Positions 19,058 through 29,523 of a stretch of 64,000 nt of DNA are shown in pieces. The stretch's first letter is position 1, and each line of letters opens with the position of its first letter. The translations under genes were made by a program, and so were the position numbers. The notes under the pieces were generated by a model that had not been told where the DNA came from, did not search any database, and was given only the letters and a program-made list of their open reading frames with translations. The stretch is taken from the NCBI GenBank assembly GCA_963739435.1, contig CAVUAN010000005.1, positions 168,128-232,127 on the forward strand, given 5' to 3'. Source of the DNA: an uncultured Acidobacteriota bacterium (GTDB lineage Bacteria; Acidobacteriota; Thermoanaerobaculia; UBA5066; Gp7-AA6).

Positions 19058-20163
19058 GCGCGGCCTCCGTCGGAAGGAGCGGCGCCCAATTCCCTGTAGA
19101 CCCCCTCGAAGCGGCGCGCGGCCTTTTCCGCCGAGAGCGTCCGCACCCGCTCCCGCGCCCGGGCGGCGCGCTGGCGCGCGAGCGAAGGATCCGCCAGACA
19201 GCGCTCGATGCCCTCCGCCATCGACTCGACTGACGACGCGTCGACGAAAATGGCGCAATCTTCGCTGGCGATCTCGCGGTGGGCGGGAATGTCCGAGAGC
19301 ACGACGGGGCAGCCCGCGGCCATCGCCTCGAGCACCGCGTTGGGCTGTCCTTCCGCGAGACTCACCGACACGAGCACATCCGCGCGCCTCATCAAACCCC
19401 ACACATCGGGACGGTAGCCCGAAACCCGCACGATGTCGGCAATTCCTTCGGACCGGACCGCGTTGTCGACCAGCTCCGGATGGGTTCCGTCACCGACCAG
19501 GAAGGCCGTGACCGGCACCTTTTTGGCAACCCGGCCGATTGCCCCGATCATCCGGGGGAGGTTCTTGATCGGCGTAAAGCGGTTGACGGACAGGATCATC
19601 CGGCTTCCGCGTGGCAGCCCGAGTGCCGCGTCATCGGCCGGCTCGGCCCGCTCGATATCGTCAAACGGAACGATGTTCGCGATGATCTCGCACCTTCCTC
19701 CGGAGGGCGCTCTCCCCCGCCAGTAGGCGACGCCGCCCTCGGAATTGGCCACGATGGCGCCGGCCGTGCGGGCCACGAGAGCCCGAAACCGCTCTTTCAC
19801 CCCGCCCTCGTAGAACGCGGCCGAGCTGCGTTCGGTAAGGACCCACGGAACGCGCAGGATGGCGGCCGAAAGGCCGGCAGCGACGTCCATCTGGAGGAGC
19901 CACGTCTGGACGACGGACGGCTCGAGCCGGCGGATGAGCCGGCAGAGGTCGAGAAGGAGACGCGGATCGTGGCTCCCGCGGCCTTCGAGAACGCAGATGC
20001 CGACACCGGCGTCTTCGAGAAGAGCGGCGATCGGGCCCTGCTTGCCGAAGGCGACGTGGACGCCCCAGCCGCGCCGGACCTGTTCGCGGGCGAGATAGGC
20101 GAGCTGCCTCTGGGAGCCGCCGTTCAGCATGTCGGGGATGCAGTGCAAAATGCTCGGGCGCAT
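19045..20163 (-). CDS. Glycosyltransferase family 4
   Basis: Intact 372-aa ORF containing ..VSLAEGQPNAVLEAMAAGCPVVLSD.. Confidence 0.85.
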   Translation of the reverse strand: MRPSILHCIPDMLNGGSQRQLAYLAREQVRRGWGVHVAFGKQGPIAALLEDAGVGICVLEGRGSHDPRLLLDLCRLIRRLEPSVVQTWLLQMDVAAGLSAAILRVPWVLTERSSAAFYEGGVKERFRALVARTAGAIVANSEGGVAYWRGRAPSGGRCEIIANIVPFDDIERAEPADDAALGLPRGSRMILSVNRFTPIKNLPRMIGAIGRVAKKVPVTAFLVGDGTHPELVDNAVRSEGIADIVRVSGYRPDVWGLMRRADVLVSVSLAEGQPNAVLEAMAAGCPVVLSDIPAHREIASEDCAIFVDASSVESMAEGIERCLADPSLARQRAARARERVRTLSAEKAARRFEGVYRELGAAPSDGGRACAE

Positions 20164-20172
20164 GCGTGCCTG

Positions 20173-21654
20173 TCACCCGGCTTCGACAGCGGCGCCTGCG
20201 GCGCTCCGCGGGGCTGCCTGGCGCTCGCGGCCGCGAAACAGGTTCTCGAGGATCTCGACCGCGAGAATTACCGGAAGCACTCGGTAGAGAAGGAGGACCC
20301 CGAGGTAGAAGGTCGTGTTTCGAAAACACTGGTAGACGGTCAGGGTCATCCACGCATAGATCACGACGGACCAGAATCCCTCTTTCCTCCGGGACGCCCA
20401 GCGGTGGACGAGCGCCAGGACGACGCCTAGCAGGATGCCGCGGCCGATCAGATCGGGCACGCCGCCGCCCGCGATCGACTCGGAGATCGTCCCAAACGCA
20501 AACGCGGCCCCGGCCGCCGCAAAGTCCGGGTAGTACTCGTTGGCGTACCAGACGGCCGGCTCGACCTTCGGGATCGGGGACAACTGCTGCGGCACCAGGG
20601 CCAGGACGTCGGCCAGCCGGAAGCCCAGCGTCACATTCACGTCGTGGTCGGCCCGCCGCTGATCGAGATCGTAGGCATTCGCAAAAAGAGATTCGAACTC
20701 GTTCGTGTACGCAAACGGGTTCCAGCCGACGGAATACTCCGACTGGAGGATGCCGCTGCGCAGGATCCCCGCGGCGAGAAACAGAGCGATGACGGCGCCG
20801 GCGCCAATTGCCAGGAGGCGTTCGGAGACCGGCTTGACCAGCCAGTGGTAGGCCATCATGGTCCCGGCAGAGAGCAGGACGAATTCGGTTCGGCTCCAGA
20901 GCCGGGCGAAGGTCGAAGCCCCGATCGCCAGAAGAATGACTGCGATCAGCCACCGGTAACGGCGGAAACTGGCGCACAGGGTCACCAGGATCGCCACTTC
21001 CAGGGTGAATTTCATGCCGCCGACGTGGTTGGTCACCTGTGCCACGAGGAGCGGCAGCCTCTTCAAGATGAGATAGCTCTCGTTGTACTCCTCGACCGAG
21101 AGATTGAAGATCTGGCCGAGGACCCAGAAGTAGCCGAAGATCGACACCAGCAGCCCGACGATCACCACGACCCGACGCCGCCCCGGAGGGCGCAGCCGCA
21201 CGCGAAACCGGGCCCGTCCCCGGACGATCCGGTACGCGACGGAGAAGCACACGAGGTGGATCACGTAGAACCACGCAATGTGCCCCACCTCCCGCGGCGA
21301 GGGTTGATAGACGAACAGCCGGATATCGTTCGTGACGGCGTAGAGAAGGCGGTTGGCCATGTAGCCCACGAGAGGGAAAACGGCATAGAGCGTCACGACC
21401 GCCGCGTAAACCGTTCCGACCTCCACCACGGCGTCGCCCTGACTGCCGGCCAGCGACCCGTAGAAGGCGCCGGCCACCCAAACGATGGCAACGACCGGCG
21501 CCATCACCGGCAGGTTCCTGTCCGTAGCGAAGACCGCGGCGACGAGCGTCGCGAAGACGGTCAGGAGCAGCCAGGAGGGAACGCGGAATGGAAACGTCCT
21601 CCGTCGGGCGGCCCGAACCGCGACGGGATGCTCTGTTGCGATGTTTTCGGCCAT
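20173..21654 (-). CDS. Polytopic membrane protein, candidate repeat-unit polymerase (Wzy-like)
   Basis: The 493-aa ORF has about 10-12 hydrophobic helices and one large loop. It sits between a GT and a flippase gene. I recognised no diagnostic motif. Confidence 0.5.
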   Translation of the reverse strand: MAENIATEHPVAVRAARRRTFPFRVPSWLLLTVFATLVAAVFATDRNLPVMAPVVAIVWVAGAFYGSLAGSQGDAVVEVGTVYAAVVTLYAVFPLVGYMANRLLYAVTNDIRLFVYQPSPREVGHIAWFYVIHLVCFSVAYRIVRGRARFRVRLRPPGRRRVVVIVGLLVSIFGYFWVLGQIFNLSVEEYNESYLILKRLPLLVAQVTNHVGGMKFTLEVAILVTLCASFRRYRWLIAVILLAIGASTFARLWSRTEFVLLSAGTMMAYHWLVKPVSERLLAIGAGAVIALFLAAGILRSGILQSEYSVGWNPFAYTNEFESLFANAYDLDQRRADHDVNVTLGFRLADVLALVPQQLSPIPKVEPAVWYANEYYPDFAAAGAAFAFGTISESIAGGGVPDLIGRGILLGVVLALVHRWASRRKEGFWSVVIYAWMTLTVYQCFRNTTFYLGVLLLYRVLPVILAVEILENLFRGRERQAAPRSAAGAAVEAG

Positions 21655-21663
21655 AGCAGGACC

Positions 21664-22986
21664 TCAGGCCGACAGGCCCGCGACGCCGTCCTCCACCCTC
21701 AGGCGATACACCAGAACCAACACGAGAGCGAGGGCGGCCAGCCACGCCAACCCGTGCGCCCACGCGAGGCCCAGAGCGTCGAAGCGCGGAACCAGGATCA
21801 ACGCCAGGCCGACCAGGAGCGCATCCCGGGGAATCGTGACACCCAGGAGGAGAGGCCACATCTTCTCCCGGCTCGAGGCAATCTGGGCCACGACGGACCA
21901 CAGGGCCTCGAGGACCGCGGCTCCGAGAAGAACGCAAAGCGCGCCATAGGCTGGACCGTAGTCGGGGCCGTAGAGGCGGAGGAGCGGGCGACCCAGGAGA
22001 GCGATGGCAACGGCCACGCCGAGAGCGAGAGCGCCCGTCGTCGCCAGGCCCATCCGAAACACCGCCCGGTAGCGGGCCTGATCTTTGAGCCGGACCTGGT
22101 TGTTGAGCACGGACATGCTGACGCTGCCGAGAACGCCCGGAAGAAAGAGGGTCATCGTGCGGAAGCTGTTGGCCGCCGTAAAGAAGGCCATCTGCGGAAA
22201 CCCGCCCGGCTGCCGCAGCAGGACGAGGCTGGCCAGCCACACGGAGGGCATCGTCGTAAATCCCGGGACGGCGCTCGGCAAAGCGAATCGCCAGAGGACC
22301 TTTCGCTCCTCCCGCAGGCCGTCCCACCGCAAATGGATGCCCGCCTCGCGGCAGGCGCCGCGCAGCGCCAGGGACAGGACGGCCGTCTGCAGAGCGGCGC
22401 TGACCACGACGCCCGCCAGCGCGCCCTCGAGCCCGAGGAACCACGCCCCCGCGGAGCAAAGGACCAGATACGCCGCCCCGCCGATCGCGAGTGCCTTAGC
22501 CGCCGGGCGGTAGACCTCGAGACCCGAGAGAGCGCCCATCAGGAACCAGTTGAGCACGCTGAAAAACGCGGCGGGGGAAGCGATACGCAGCAGCGAGGCG
22601 AGCCGCGGAGCCTGCAGGCTGTGCGCGGCGACCCAGGATGCCCCGCCCAGCAGCAGCAGGGTCATGAGGGATCCTGTGGCGACGGCGACGACGGCGCAGA
22701 GTCCCAGGACGCGCCCCGCGCGCGTGGGGTCGGCCGTGCGCAGCTCGGCGACGTACTTCGTGGCCGTGTAGCCGGTGCCAAACGAGGCGATCGCGGCGCC
22801 CGTCGCAATCGTCGTCTGCACCGCCGCGTATTCGCCGAAGACGGCCGGCCCCGAGAGGTTCGAGACGACGATGTTGACCGCCAGCGTGCTGCCCTGGTTG
22901 AACACCGCTCCCACGAGATTCCAGAGAAAGCCGCTCCCGAGGCGAGAACGCAGCCCGGTCGCATCCGAAGAGCCGATGGAAGCCAT
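21664..22986 (-). CDS. MOP-superfamily polysaccharide flippase (Wzx-like)
   Basis: I trimmed ORF 21664..23703 to the ATG at 22986 (MASIGSSDATGLRSRLGSGFLWNLVGAVFNQGSTLAVNIVV...). The product is 440 aa with about 12 TM helices. Confidence 0.65.
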   Translation of the reverse strand: MASIGSSDATGLRSRLGSGFLWNLVGAVFNQGSTLAVNIVVSNLSGPAVFGEYAAVQTTIATGAAIASFGTGYTATKYVAELRTADPTRAGRVLGLCAVVAVATGSLMTLLLLGGASWVAAHSLQAPRLASLLRIASPAAFFSVLNWFLMGALSGLEVYRPAAKALAIGGAAYLVLCSAGAWFLGLEGALAGVVVSAALQTAVLSLALRGACREAGIHLRWDGLREERKVLWRFALPSAVPGFTTMPSVWLASLVLLRQPGGFPQMAFFTAANSFRTMTLFLPGVLGSVSMSVLNNQVRLKDQARYRAVFRMGLATTGALALGVAVAIALLGRPLLRLYGPDYGPAYGALCVLLGAAVLEALWSVVAQIASSREKMWPLLLGVTIPRDALLVGLALILVPRFDALGLAWAHGLAWLAALALVLVLVYRLRVEDGVAGLSA

Positions 22987-22991
22987 CCTGC

Positions 22992-23753
22992 TCAACGCTG
23001 CATGCGCAGAACGAGCCACGGGCAGAGAGCCCCGACGTCGAAGGGTTGCGCCAGGCCGGCGAGGTTGAGCGCGGCGACCGCGGCCGCCGCAGCCGGCGCC
23101 GGCCACCGGCGATGAAAGCTGATCAGGCCCGGGAGAAGGCGCCCGAAGCGGTAGACCTCGACGCGCGAAACGAGATCGCGCGGGGCCAGCCCGGCGAGCG
23201 CTTCCAGCGTCATGATGTCGAGATTGTGAATGTCCAGGCTTGCGACATCGAAGCGGCGCTGGATCGTTCCGTACAGACCCCGGTAGTTCGGGATCGCAAT
23301 GAGCGCGGTGCCGCCCGGTGCGAGCAGAGAGGCATGGATCCGGACGAGGGGCCTCGGGTCGTCGAAATGCTCGATGACGCCCAGGCTGTAGACCAGGTCG
23401 AAGCTTCCGGGAGGAAACGTCGTTTGGAAGACGTCCTCGTGGCGAAGGTCGCCCTCGATCTCCAGAGCTGCGAAGAGCTGGCGCGCGGTTGCGATGCCAT
23501 TCTCCGCGAAGTCGACGCCGGCCACCCGGGCGCCCAGGACCTTCGCGACCCAGGCGAGGTACTTTCCCGGCGCAAAGCCGATCTCCAGGACGCGATCTCC
23601 CGGCTCCACTTCTCGGGCGAGCAACCTCTTGAAATTCTTCGTGCCGACCCAGAGCGAGGACGGCAAACGCATTCGGGGCGGGCGGCCGTACTGGCCCTCC
23701 CAATAGGCCATATCCGTCTTCGGCCCGGTCTCTTCTATCGGCGAGCCCTTCAT
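22992..23753 (-). CDS. Class I SAM-dependent methyltransferase
   Basis: Motif I is RVLEIGFAPGKY. The post-I/II regions read DLVYSLGVIEHFDDP and LLAPGGTALIAIPN. Confidence 0.75.
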   Translation of the reverse strand: MKGSPIEETGPKTDMAYWEGQYGRPPRMRLPSSLWVGTKNFKRLLAREVEPGDRVLEIGFAPGKYLAWVAKVLGARVAGVDFAENGIATARQLFAALEIEGDLRHEDVFQTTFPPGSFDLVYSLGVIEHFDDPRPLVRIHASLLAPGGTALIAIPNYRGLYGTIQRRFDVASLDIHNLDIMTLEALAGLAPRDLVSRVEVYRFGRLLPGLISFHRRWPAPAAAAAVAALNLAGLAQPFDVGALCPWLVLRMQR

Positions 23754-24724
23754 CCCTGTCTCACGAGGGAGATCTCTTCATAGAATCTCCGGCTCTTTGC
23801 GAGGCCTTCCTTCAAGCTCGTCTCGGGCTTGAAGCCCAGCTGCCGGGAGACGAGAGACAGGTCCGCCAGCGAGTGCAGCACGTCGCCAGGACGAGCCGCC
23901 TCGAACGCGGGCTTGATCGCCCGCCCGGCGACCTCGCCCACGAGACGCGCCAGGTCCGAGACGGTCGTCTGGGTCCCCCCGGCGACGTTGTACGCGGCCC
24001 CGCAGGCTTCCCGCGGCGCAACGGCGGCGAGCAGGTTCGCGTGCACCGCGTCGGCAACATAGGTGAAGTCGCGGCTCTGCCGGCCATCGCCGTAGATGAC
24101 CGGCGGCTCTCCCCGAAGCACGGCCCGAAAGAAGCGCGGGATGACGGCGGCGTAAGGGCCCTGGGGATCCTGGCGAGGGCCGTAGACGTTGAAATAGCGG
24201 AGGCCGACGGTCTCGAAGCCGTAGCAGCGGTCGAAGACCGAGGCCGTCTCTTCGCCGACACTCTTGGAGAGCGCATACGGCGAGAGCGGCCGCCCCTCCT
24301 CCCCTTCCCGCTTGGGCAGTTTCTCGCTGTCGCCGTAGACGCTCGACGACGAGGCATACACGACACGCTGGACGCCAAACTCCCGGCCGGCGGCAAAGAC
24401 ATTGACCGTGCCCAGCACGTTGACGGCAAAAGTCGTCCCCGGGTCCTTCATCGAGCGCGGAACCGAACCGAGCGCCGCCTGGTGGAACACGACGTCGATG
24501 CCTTTGGAAGCGCGCCCGCAGACGTCCGAATCCCGGATGTCCCCTTCGACGAGCTCCACGCGATCCAGGACGTGGGCGATGTTCTCGCGATGGCCTGTGG
24601 CGAAATTGTCGAGAACCCGGACGCGAGCGCCTCGAGCCAGCAATGCGTCCACGAGATGCGATCCGATGAATCCGGCGCCGCCGGTGACGAGCACCGGCCG
24701 TCCGTCAAAGGAAGGGATGGGCAT
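23750..24724 (-). CDS. NAD-dependent nucleotide-sugar 4-epimerase (WbpP/TviC-like)
   Basis: The Rossmann motif is VLVTGGAGFIGSHL and the catalytic motif is SPYALSK (YxxxK). Also present are ..RYFNVYGPRQDPQGPYAAVIP.. and DGRQSRDFTYV. Confidence 0.85.
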   Translation of the reverse strand: MPIPSFDGRPVLVTGGAGFIGSHLVDALLARGARVRVLDNFATGHRENIAHVLDRVELVEGDIRDSDVCGRASKGIDVVFHQAALGSVPRSMKDPGTTFAVNVLGTVNVFAAGREFGVQRVVYASSSSVYGDSEKLPKREGEEGRPLSPYALSKSVGEETASVFDRCYGFETVGLRYFNVYGPRQDPQGPYAAVIPRFFRAVLRGEPPVIYGDGRQSRDFTYVADAVHANLLAAVAPREACGAAYNVAGGTQTTVSDLARLVGEVAGRAIKPAFEAARPGDVLHSLADLSLVSRQLGFKPETSLKEGLAKSRRFYEEISLVRQG

Positions 24725-24730
24725 TGCCGG

Positions 24731-27499
24731 CTACGCCCGGACCACCGTCGCGGAAACGCCGAGGGGTAAGACGAGATTGCGCGTGTCCACGACGAGCCGC
24801 GCGCCCTTGTACAGCGCCTTGTCGCGAAAAGCCTTGTGGGCCGTGGACACGACGATTGCGTCGTGACGCGCGAACTCTTCGGCGGTGCACGGAACCGAAA
24901 CGAGCCGCAGGTCGTGCTGCCGCCCCTTCCGGGCCACCGGGATGTACGGATCGCAGTAGGCGACGATCGCCCCGCGCTCGGCCAAGAGCTCGATGATCTC
25001 GAAGGACGGGGACTCCCGGTCGTCGTCGATGTCCGCTTTGTAGGAGAGGCCCAGCACGAGAACCCGGGCGCCCTTGACGCTCTTTCCGTGAGAGTTCAAC
25101 GCCTCGGCCGTCTTGTCGACGACGTAGCGCGGCATGCCCGAGTTGATCTCGCCCGCGAGCTCGACGAACCGGGCCCACACACCGTGCTCCGCCGCCTTCC
25201 AGGCGAGGTAGAAGGGATCTAGAGGAATGCAGTTGTGTACGAACACGCCTCCAGTGGTCAAGAACGTATGTGATCCCGGGACCTCGACGGAGAAGACGGG
25301 CTCCTGGCCAGGTTCCAGACGAACGCTCTTAACGGGTGCGGCCCTTCCCCCCGACCAGGGCAAGTTGCGCCGCGGACGCCCCTCCCTAACCCGGCTTTCC
25401 TGCAACCGGTCCAGCCGCCGGCCCTTTTCGCCGCCAAGTAGTCGTGCGAGCCGCTGCAGGCTCTCGGAGCCAGCCATCCGCAAGTGAGGCTTCCCCTTCT
25501 TTCTCATCGGGCTGAAGCCGAGTCCCTGAAGCAGACTCTCAGCCTGGGCAAAAAGCTCGGGGCTCGAAGAGAAGTACCCGACCTTCCCGGAGTTGAACTG
25601 GTTCAGATAGGAACGACCTTTCTTGACATAGGGGCGAGGGCCCGTGCGTACGTCAACATCTCCGTCGCCGCGGAGGAGGCCGGCAAGGACCTCCTCGTGG
25701 TGGCGGTTGGAAGCCCCCATCACCGCCCCGGGGATCCGCATGCTGTAGCAATCCGTACCGGTGCAAAGGACATCCCGGAGGACGTGACCGAGAACGATCG
25801 AGCCGACGCGAAGTGTCGTGGCTTGAAACGTCTTGTCGTTGTGAATCGAGACGCGGACCCCGAGGGCCCGAAGGATCGAAACGACGTCGTCCATGTACTC
25901 ATTCTCGTTCCGATTGAAGGTCAGCCGGACCCGCGGGTTCATTCGCTCCTCGGTGATGCATCCCTCGCTCAGGAAGTACCCAAGGAACCGGCAAAAATCG
26001 GGCGAGAGCTTCAGGATCGCCGGGATTTGAGTGTGCGCCGACCCTCTCCCGCTCAAGAGCAGAAGTTGTTCACGTCCCACATTCAATTCGCTCTCGAGTG
26101 CCAGGTAACGCCTGGCCGAAAGCGAGTCCTTCCGGATCGAGTCGCGAATCGTCCAACCGTAGCGCGACTTGAGGAGCGGCGCGAAACGAGACCAGGGGAT
26201 ATCCACGATCCGTACGTGGAGCTTGTCCGCAACAGCTGCTGGAAGGAGTTTCAAAAGGTCGAGGGCGGGGTCGCCATGCGCCGAAGAATCGGGACCACCG
26301 TCGGACATGCCAGCGAAGAGCGGAACGCGGTCGCCCGGCTTCAAATCTCTGGCCTCTCGTACCACGAGCTGGTCGCCCTCCACGATCAGCATGGGATGAC
26401 GGTCGGTGGTGCGAAGCACTCTGTTTCCCGCCAGCCTGACCTCGGCCATCGGTCCGGCAAACCGACGCCTGAAAAGCCCGGAGACCCTTCGCCAGCTGGC
26501 GCCACCCGTACGAGGATCGATCGACAGAGTTTCCAGACCATCGGGCAGGAGAAGCTCCGCGTCGCCGGCCGTGATTGCCTTGCCTTTTGCGCGGCAGCGC
26601 TCGAAAAGCTCACTCAGGGGCAGAACGGTATTGATCGCTCCATCACGAATGCGAACGGTTTCGCCGCCGGCCAGGCAGTGGCCTCCGAGCCCGGGGCCCG
26701 GCGTGAAAGGCATGAAGCCGAACGGCTTCGTTTTCGCGGCCGCGATCACTTCCCAGACGTCGATGCCCATACGGTCGAGAATGACCTTCATCTCGTTGAC
26801 GAGGGCGATGTTCACCGAACGGAAGATGTTCTCGAGCAGTTTGGACGACTCGGCGACCTCGGGCGAGGAGACGGGCACGACCGTGTCGATCACGGAGCCG
26901 TAGAGGGCGACCGCCGCCTCGAGGGAGGCCGCGTCGATGCCGCCGACGATCTTCGGAATGTTGCGGGTCGAGAACCGCTCGTTGCCGGGATCCTCCCGCT
27001 CCGGCGAAAAGGCCAGGAAGAAATCGCTTCCGCAGGCGAGCCCGCGCGCCGTCAGCAGGGGCAGCAGCTCCTCCCGCGTCGTTCCGGGATAGGTCGTCGA
27101 CTCGAGGACCACCAGCTGGCCCGGACGCAGCCGCCGAGCGATTTCTGAGGCGGCGCTCCGCACGAAGGACAGATCGGGCTCGCGGTGCGGCCCGAGCGGC
27201 GTCGGCACGCAGATGAGGACGGCGTCGCACTCCGAGAGCCTCGCGAAATCGGACGTCGCCCGCGCCCGTCCGCCGGCGAATGCTTTCGCCACACGCTCCC
27301 GGCCGAGGTGCTTGATGTACGACTCTCCGCGAGCCAGTGCCTCGGGCTTCGCCGGATCCGAGTCGAAACCGATGACCGGGAACCCCGCCTCCTCGAAGAG
27401 AAGGGCGAGGGGAAGGCCGACGTACCCCAGCCCGATGACGCCGACGGCGGCCTTCCGCGAGCGGATCCTGTCGAGGAGGCCCGGTGCGCCGGCGCTCAT
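24731..27499 (-). CDS. UDP-sugar 6-dehydrogenase (UDP-glucose/GDP-mannose dehydrogenase family, WbpO/TviB/WecC-like) interrupted by an intein
   Basis: I trimmed run-through ORF 24731..28498 to the ATG at 27499 (ATGA junction). The N-extein is 274 aa ([14 protein letters not shown] ... PGPGLGGH). The C-extein is 166 aa and starts with the catalytic-Cys motif CIPLDPFYL. The exteins sum to 440 aa, a normal size for this family. Confidence 0.9.
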   Translation of the reverse strand: MSAGAPGLLDRIRSRKAAVGVIGLGYVGLPLALLFEEAGFPVIGFDSDPAKPEALARGESYIKHLGRERVAKAFAGGRARATSDFARLSECDAVLICVPTPLGPHREPDLSFVRSAASEIARRLRPGQLVVLESTTYPGTTREELLPLLTARGLACGSDFFLAFSPEREDPGNERFSTRNIPKIVGGIDAASLEAAVALYGSVIDTVVPVSSPEVAESSKLLENIFRSVNIALVNEMKVILDRMGIDVWEVIAAAKTKPFGFMPFTPGPGLGGHCLAGGETVRIRDGAINTVLPLSELFERCRAKGKAITAGDAELLLPDGLETLSIDPRTGGASWRRVSGLFRRRFAGPMAEVRLAGNRVLRTTDRHPMLIVEGDQLVVREARDLKPGDRVPLFAGMSDGGPDSSAHGDPALDLLKLLPAAVADKLHVRIVDIPWSRFAPLLKSRYGWTIRDSIRKDSLSARRYLALESELNVGREQLLLLSGRGSAHTQIPAILKLSPDFCRFLGYFLSEGCITEERMNPRVRLTFNRNENEYMDDVVSILRALGVRVSIHNDKTFQATTLRVGSIVLGHVLRDVLCTGTDCYSMRIPGAVMGASNRHHEEVLAGLLRGDGDVDVRTGPRPYVKKGRSYLNQFNSGKVGYFSSSPELFAQAESLLQGLGFSPMRKKGKPHLRMAGSESLQRLARLLGGEKGRRLDRLQESRVREGRPRRNLPWSGGRAAPVKSVRLEPGQEPVFSVEVPGSHTFLTTGGVFVHNCIPLDPFYLAWKAAEHGVWARFVELAGEINSGMPRYVVDKTAEALNSHGKSVKGARVLVLGLSYKADIDDDRESPSFEIIELLAERGAIVAYCDPYIPVARKGRQHDLRLVSVPCTAEEFARHDAIVVSTAHKAFRDKALYKGARLVVDTRNLVLPLGVSATVVRA
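25232..26677 (-). mobile_element. Intein (482 aa) with LAGLIDADG homing-endonuclease domain
   Basis: - The intein starts with Cys ([13 protein letters not shown]).
- Block B is RTTDRHPM.
- The two LAGLIDADG motifs are [10 protein letters not shown] and [11 protein letters not shown].
- The C-terminal splicing blocks are [22 protein letters not shown], followed by the +1 Cys.
- The intein sits in frame inside the conserved GGH|CIPLDP active-site motif. Confidence 0.85.
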
Positions 27500-28449
27500 A
27501 CGGCGACCTTCCGGGCCCTGTTCTCCCGGAACCACGCGACCGACTTCTTCAGGCCCTCGGCAAACGACGTGCGGGCGCTCCAGCCGAATCGCTCGGCCGC
27601 CCGGCTGGTGTCGAGCCGGCGGCGCGGCTGTCCGTTCGGCTTCGTCTTGTCCCAGGCGATGGAGCCTCTGTAACCGGCCTCCTGCGCGATCACCCGGGCA
27701 AGGTCGTGTATCGCGATCTCGATTCCCGACCCCAGGTTGACGGGCTCGGGAGACGCGTAGTGTTCGGCAGCGGCGAGAATGCCCTCGGCGCAGTCCTCGA
27801 CGTAGAGAAACTCGCGAGTCGGCGTTCCGTCGCCCCACAGGACCACCTCGCGCGCGCCGCTCTCGCTCGCCTCGACGAACTTGCGGATCATGGCCGGGAT
27901 CACGTGGCTCGACTCGGGGTCGAAGTTGTCCCGAGGTCCGTACAGGTTGACCGGCAGAAGGTAGATACCGTTGAAGCCGTATTCCTGGCGGTACGCCTGG
28001 AGCTGCACGAGAAGCATCTTCTTGGCCAGCCCGTAGGGCGCATTCGTCTCCTCGGGGTAGCCGTTCCAGAGGTCCTGTTCGCGAAAGGGAACGGGTGTGA
28101 ACTTGGGATAGGCGCAGATCGTCCCGAGGCAAACCATCTTGGCGACACCAGCGATCCGGCATTCCTCGATCAACTGGATACCCATGATCGCGTTGTCGTA
28201 GAAGAACCGCCCCGGGTGGGCTTCGTTCACGCCGATGCCGCCGACGACGGCCGCCGCGTGGATCACCAGGTCGGGGCGCGTCTCGGCAAGACAGCGGACG
28301 ACAGCAGCCCGGTCGCGGAAGTCGTATTCCGCCTGATCGGGCGTCAGCACGGCGGCCGGGCCCATTTCCCGCAGCCTCTCGACGAGGAAGCCGCCCAGGA
28401 AGCCGTGGCCTCCCGTGACGAGGACGCGCCGGGCGCTCCAGAAGCTCAT
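27496..28449 (-). CDS. fcl: GDP-L-fucose synthase (GDP-4-keto-6-deoxymannose 3,5-epimerase/4-reductase)
   Basis: I trimmed the ORF to the ATG at 28449 (ATGA junction with gmd). Family-typical segments are [20 protein letters not shown] (YxxxK), [27 protein letters not shown] and [10 protein letters not shown]. Confidence 0.85.
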   Translation of the reverse strand: MSFWSARRVLVTGGHGFLGGFLVERLREMGPAAVLTPDQAEYDFRDRAAVVRCLAETRPDLVIHAAAVVGGIGVNEAHPGRFFYDNAIMGIQLIEECRIAGVAKMVCLGTICAYPKFTPVPFREQDLWNGYPEETNAPYGLAKKMLLVQLQAYRQEYGFNGIYLLPVNLYGPRDNFDPESSHVIPAMIRKFVEASESGAREVVLWGDGTPTREFLYVEDCAEGILAAAEHYASPEPVNLGSGIEIAIHDLARVIAQEAGYRGSIAWDKTKPNGQPRRRLDTSRAAERFGWSARTSFAEGLKKSVAWFRENRARKVAV

Positions 28450-29507
28450 TGCTGACTGACGAGCCGCGATTCGCGCGCCGCCTCTTCGAGATCGGCATCC
28501 GTCATCAGGTCCGTCAGCTCCTCGAAGGTCAGCTTCGGCGCCCAGCCGAGCGCCCGGCGGGCCTTCGAGGCATCGCCCTCGAGACGGTCGACCTCGGCGG
28601 GCCGCAGGTACCTCGTATCGATCTCGACGAGGGGATGACCTGTCCGGGCGTCGATCCCCTTCTCCTCGACGCCGCCACCCTTCCAGGCGAGGTCGAACCC
28701 GGCGCGCCGAAACGCCCGCTCGCAGAACTCCCGCACGGAGTGCGTCTTGCCGGTTGCGATGACGTAGTCGTCGGGCTCCGCCTGCTGGAGCATAATCCAC
28801 ATCGCCTCGACGTAGTCCTTGGCATAGCCCCAGTCGCGCCGGGCCTCGAGATTGCCGAGATACAGCCGTTCCTGCAGGCCGTGGCGGATCCTCGCGACCG
28901 CGCGCGTGATCTTGCGCGAAACGAACGTCTCCCCCCGGCGGGGGCTTTCGTGATTGAAGAGGATCCCGTTGACGGCGAACATCCCGTAAGCCTCGCGGTA
29001 GTTCACCATCGACCAGTACGCGAAGACCTTAGCGACAGCGTACGGGCTGCGCGGGTGGAACGGCGTCTTCTCCGTCTGGGGAACTTCGGCGGCCTTGCCG
29101 TAAACCTCCGAGGACGAAGCCTGGTAAATGCGCGGGCGCAGCGCCTGCTCGCGGATCGCCTCGAGCAGGCGGATGGCGCCGAGGCCGGTCACATCTGCGG
29201 TGTACTCGGGGGTGTCGAACGAGACCTTCACATGACTCTGCGCCCCGAGGTTGTAGATTTCGTGCGGCTCGACCACGCGCAGGATCCGGTTGAGGGAAGA
29301 GGCGTCGTTCAAGTCCCCGTGATGAAGGAACAGCCGCCGGTTCGGATCGTGCGGGTCCTGGTAGATGTGGTCGATCCGCGCCGTGTTGAAGGACGAAGAT
29401 CGGCGGACGACGCCGTGGACTTCGTACCCTTTCGCCAGAAGCAGCTCGGCCAGGTAGGACCCGTCCTGCCCGGTGATTCCCGTGATGAGTGCGCGTTTTG
29501 TGGGCAT
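28446..29507 (-). CDS. gmd: GDP-mannose 4,6-dehydratase
   Basis: [49 protein letters not shown].. is a near-canonical Gmd N-terminus. [10 protein letters not shown] and [19 protein letters not shown] are also present. Confidence 0.95.
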   Translation of the reverse strand: MPTKRALITGITGQDGSYLAELLLAKGYEVHGVVRRSSSFNTARIDHIYQDPHDPNRRLFLHHGDLNDASSLNRILRVVEPHEIYNLGAQSHVKVSFDTPEYTADVTGLGAIRLLEAIREQALRPRIYQASSSEVYGKAAEVPQTEKTPFHPRSPYAVAKVFAYWSMVNYREAYGMFAVNGILFNHESPRRGETFVSRKITRAVARIRHGLQERLYLGNLEARRDWGYAKDYVEAMWIMLQQAEPDDYVIATGKTHSVREFCERAFRRAGFDLAWKGGGVEEKGIDARTGHPLVEIDTRYLRPAEVDRLEGDASKARRALGWAPKLTFEELTDLMTDADLEEAARESRLVSQQ

Positions 29508-29523
29508 TCTTCTCCGCCCGATC

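Noticed and set aside
24731-28498. Giant run-through ORFs in the track taken at face value. These are the 1255 aa at 24731..28498, 1636 aa at 56000..60910, 966 aa at 1652..4552, 932 aa at 13394..16192, 841 aa at 9496..12021, 650 aa at 11010..12962, 679 aa at 21664..23703 and 641 aa at 33773..35698.
   Set aside because: The N-terminal parts are out-of-frame read-through of the upstream gene. They lack stops only because of the GC content. Internal ATG or GTG codons that form ATGA/GTGA junctions with the upstream stop give proteins of normal family length.
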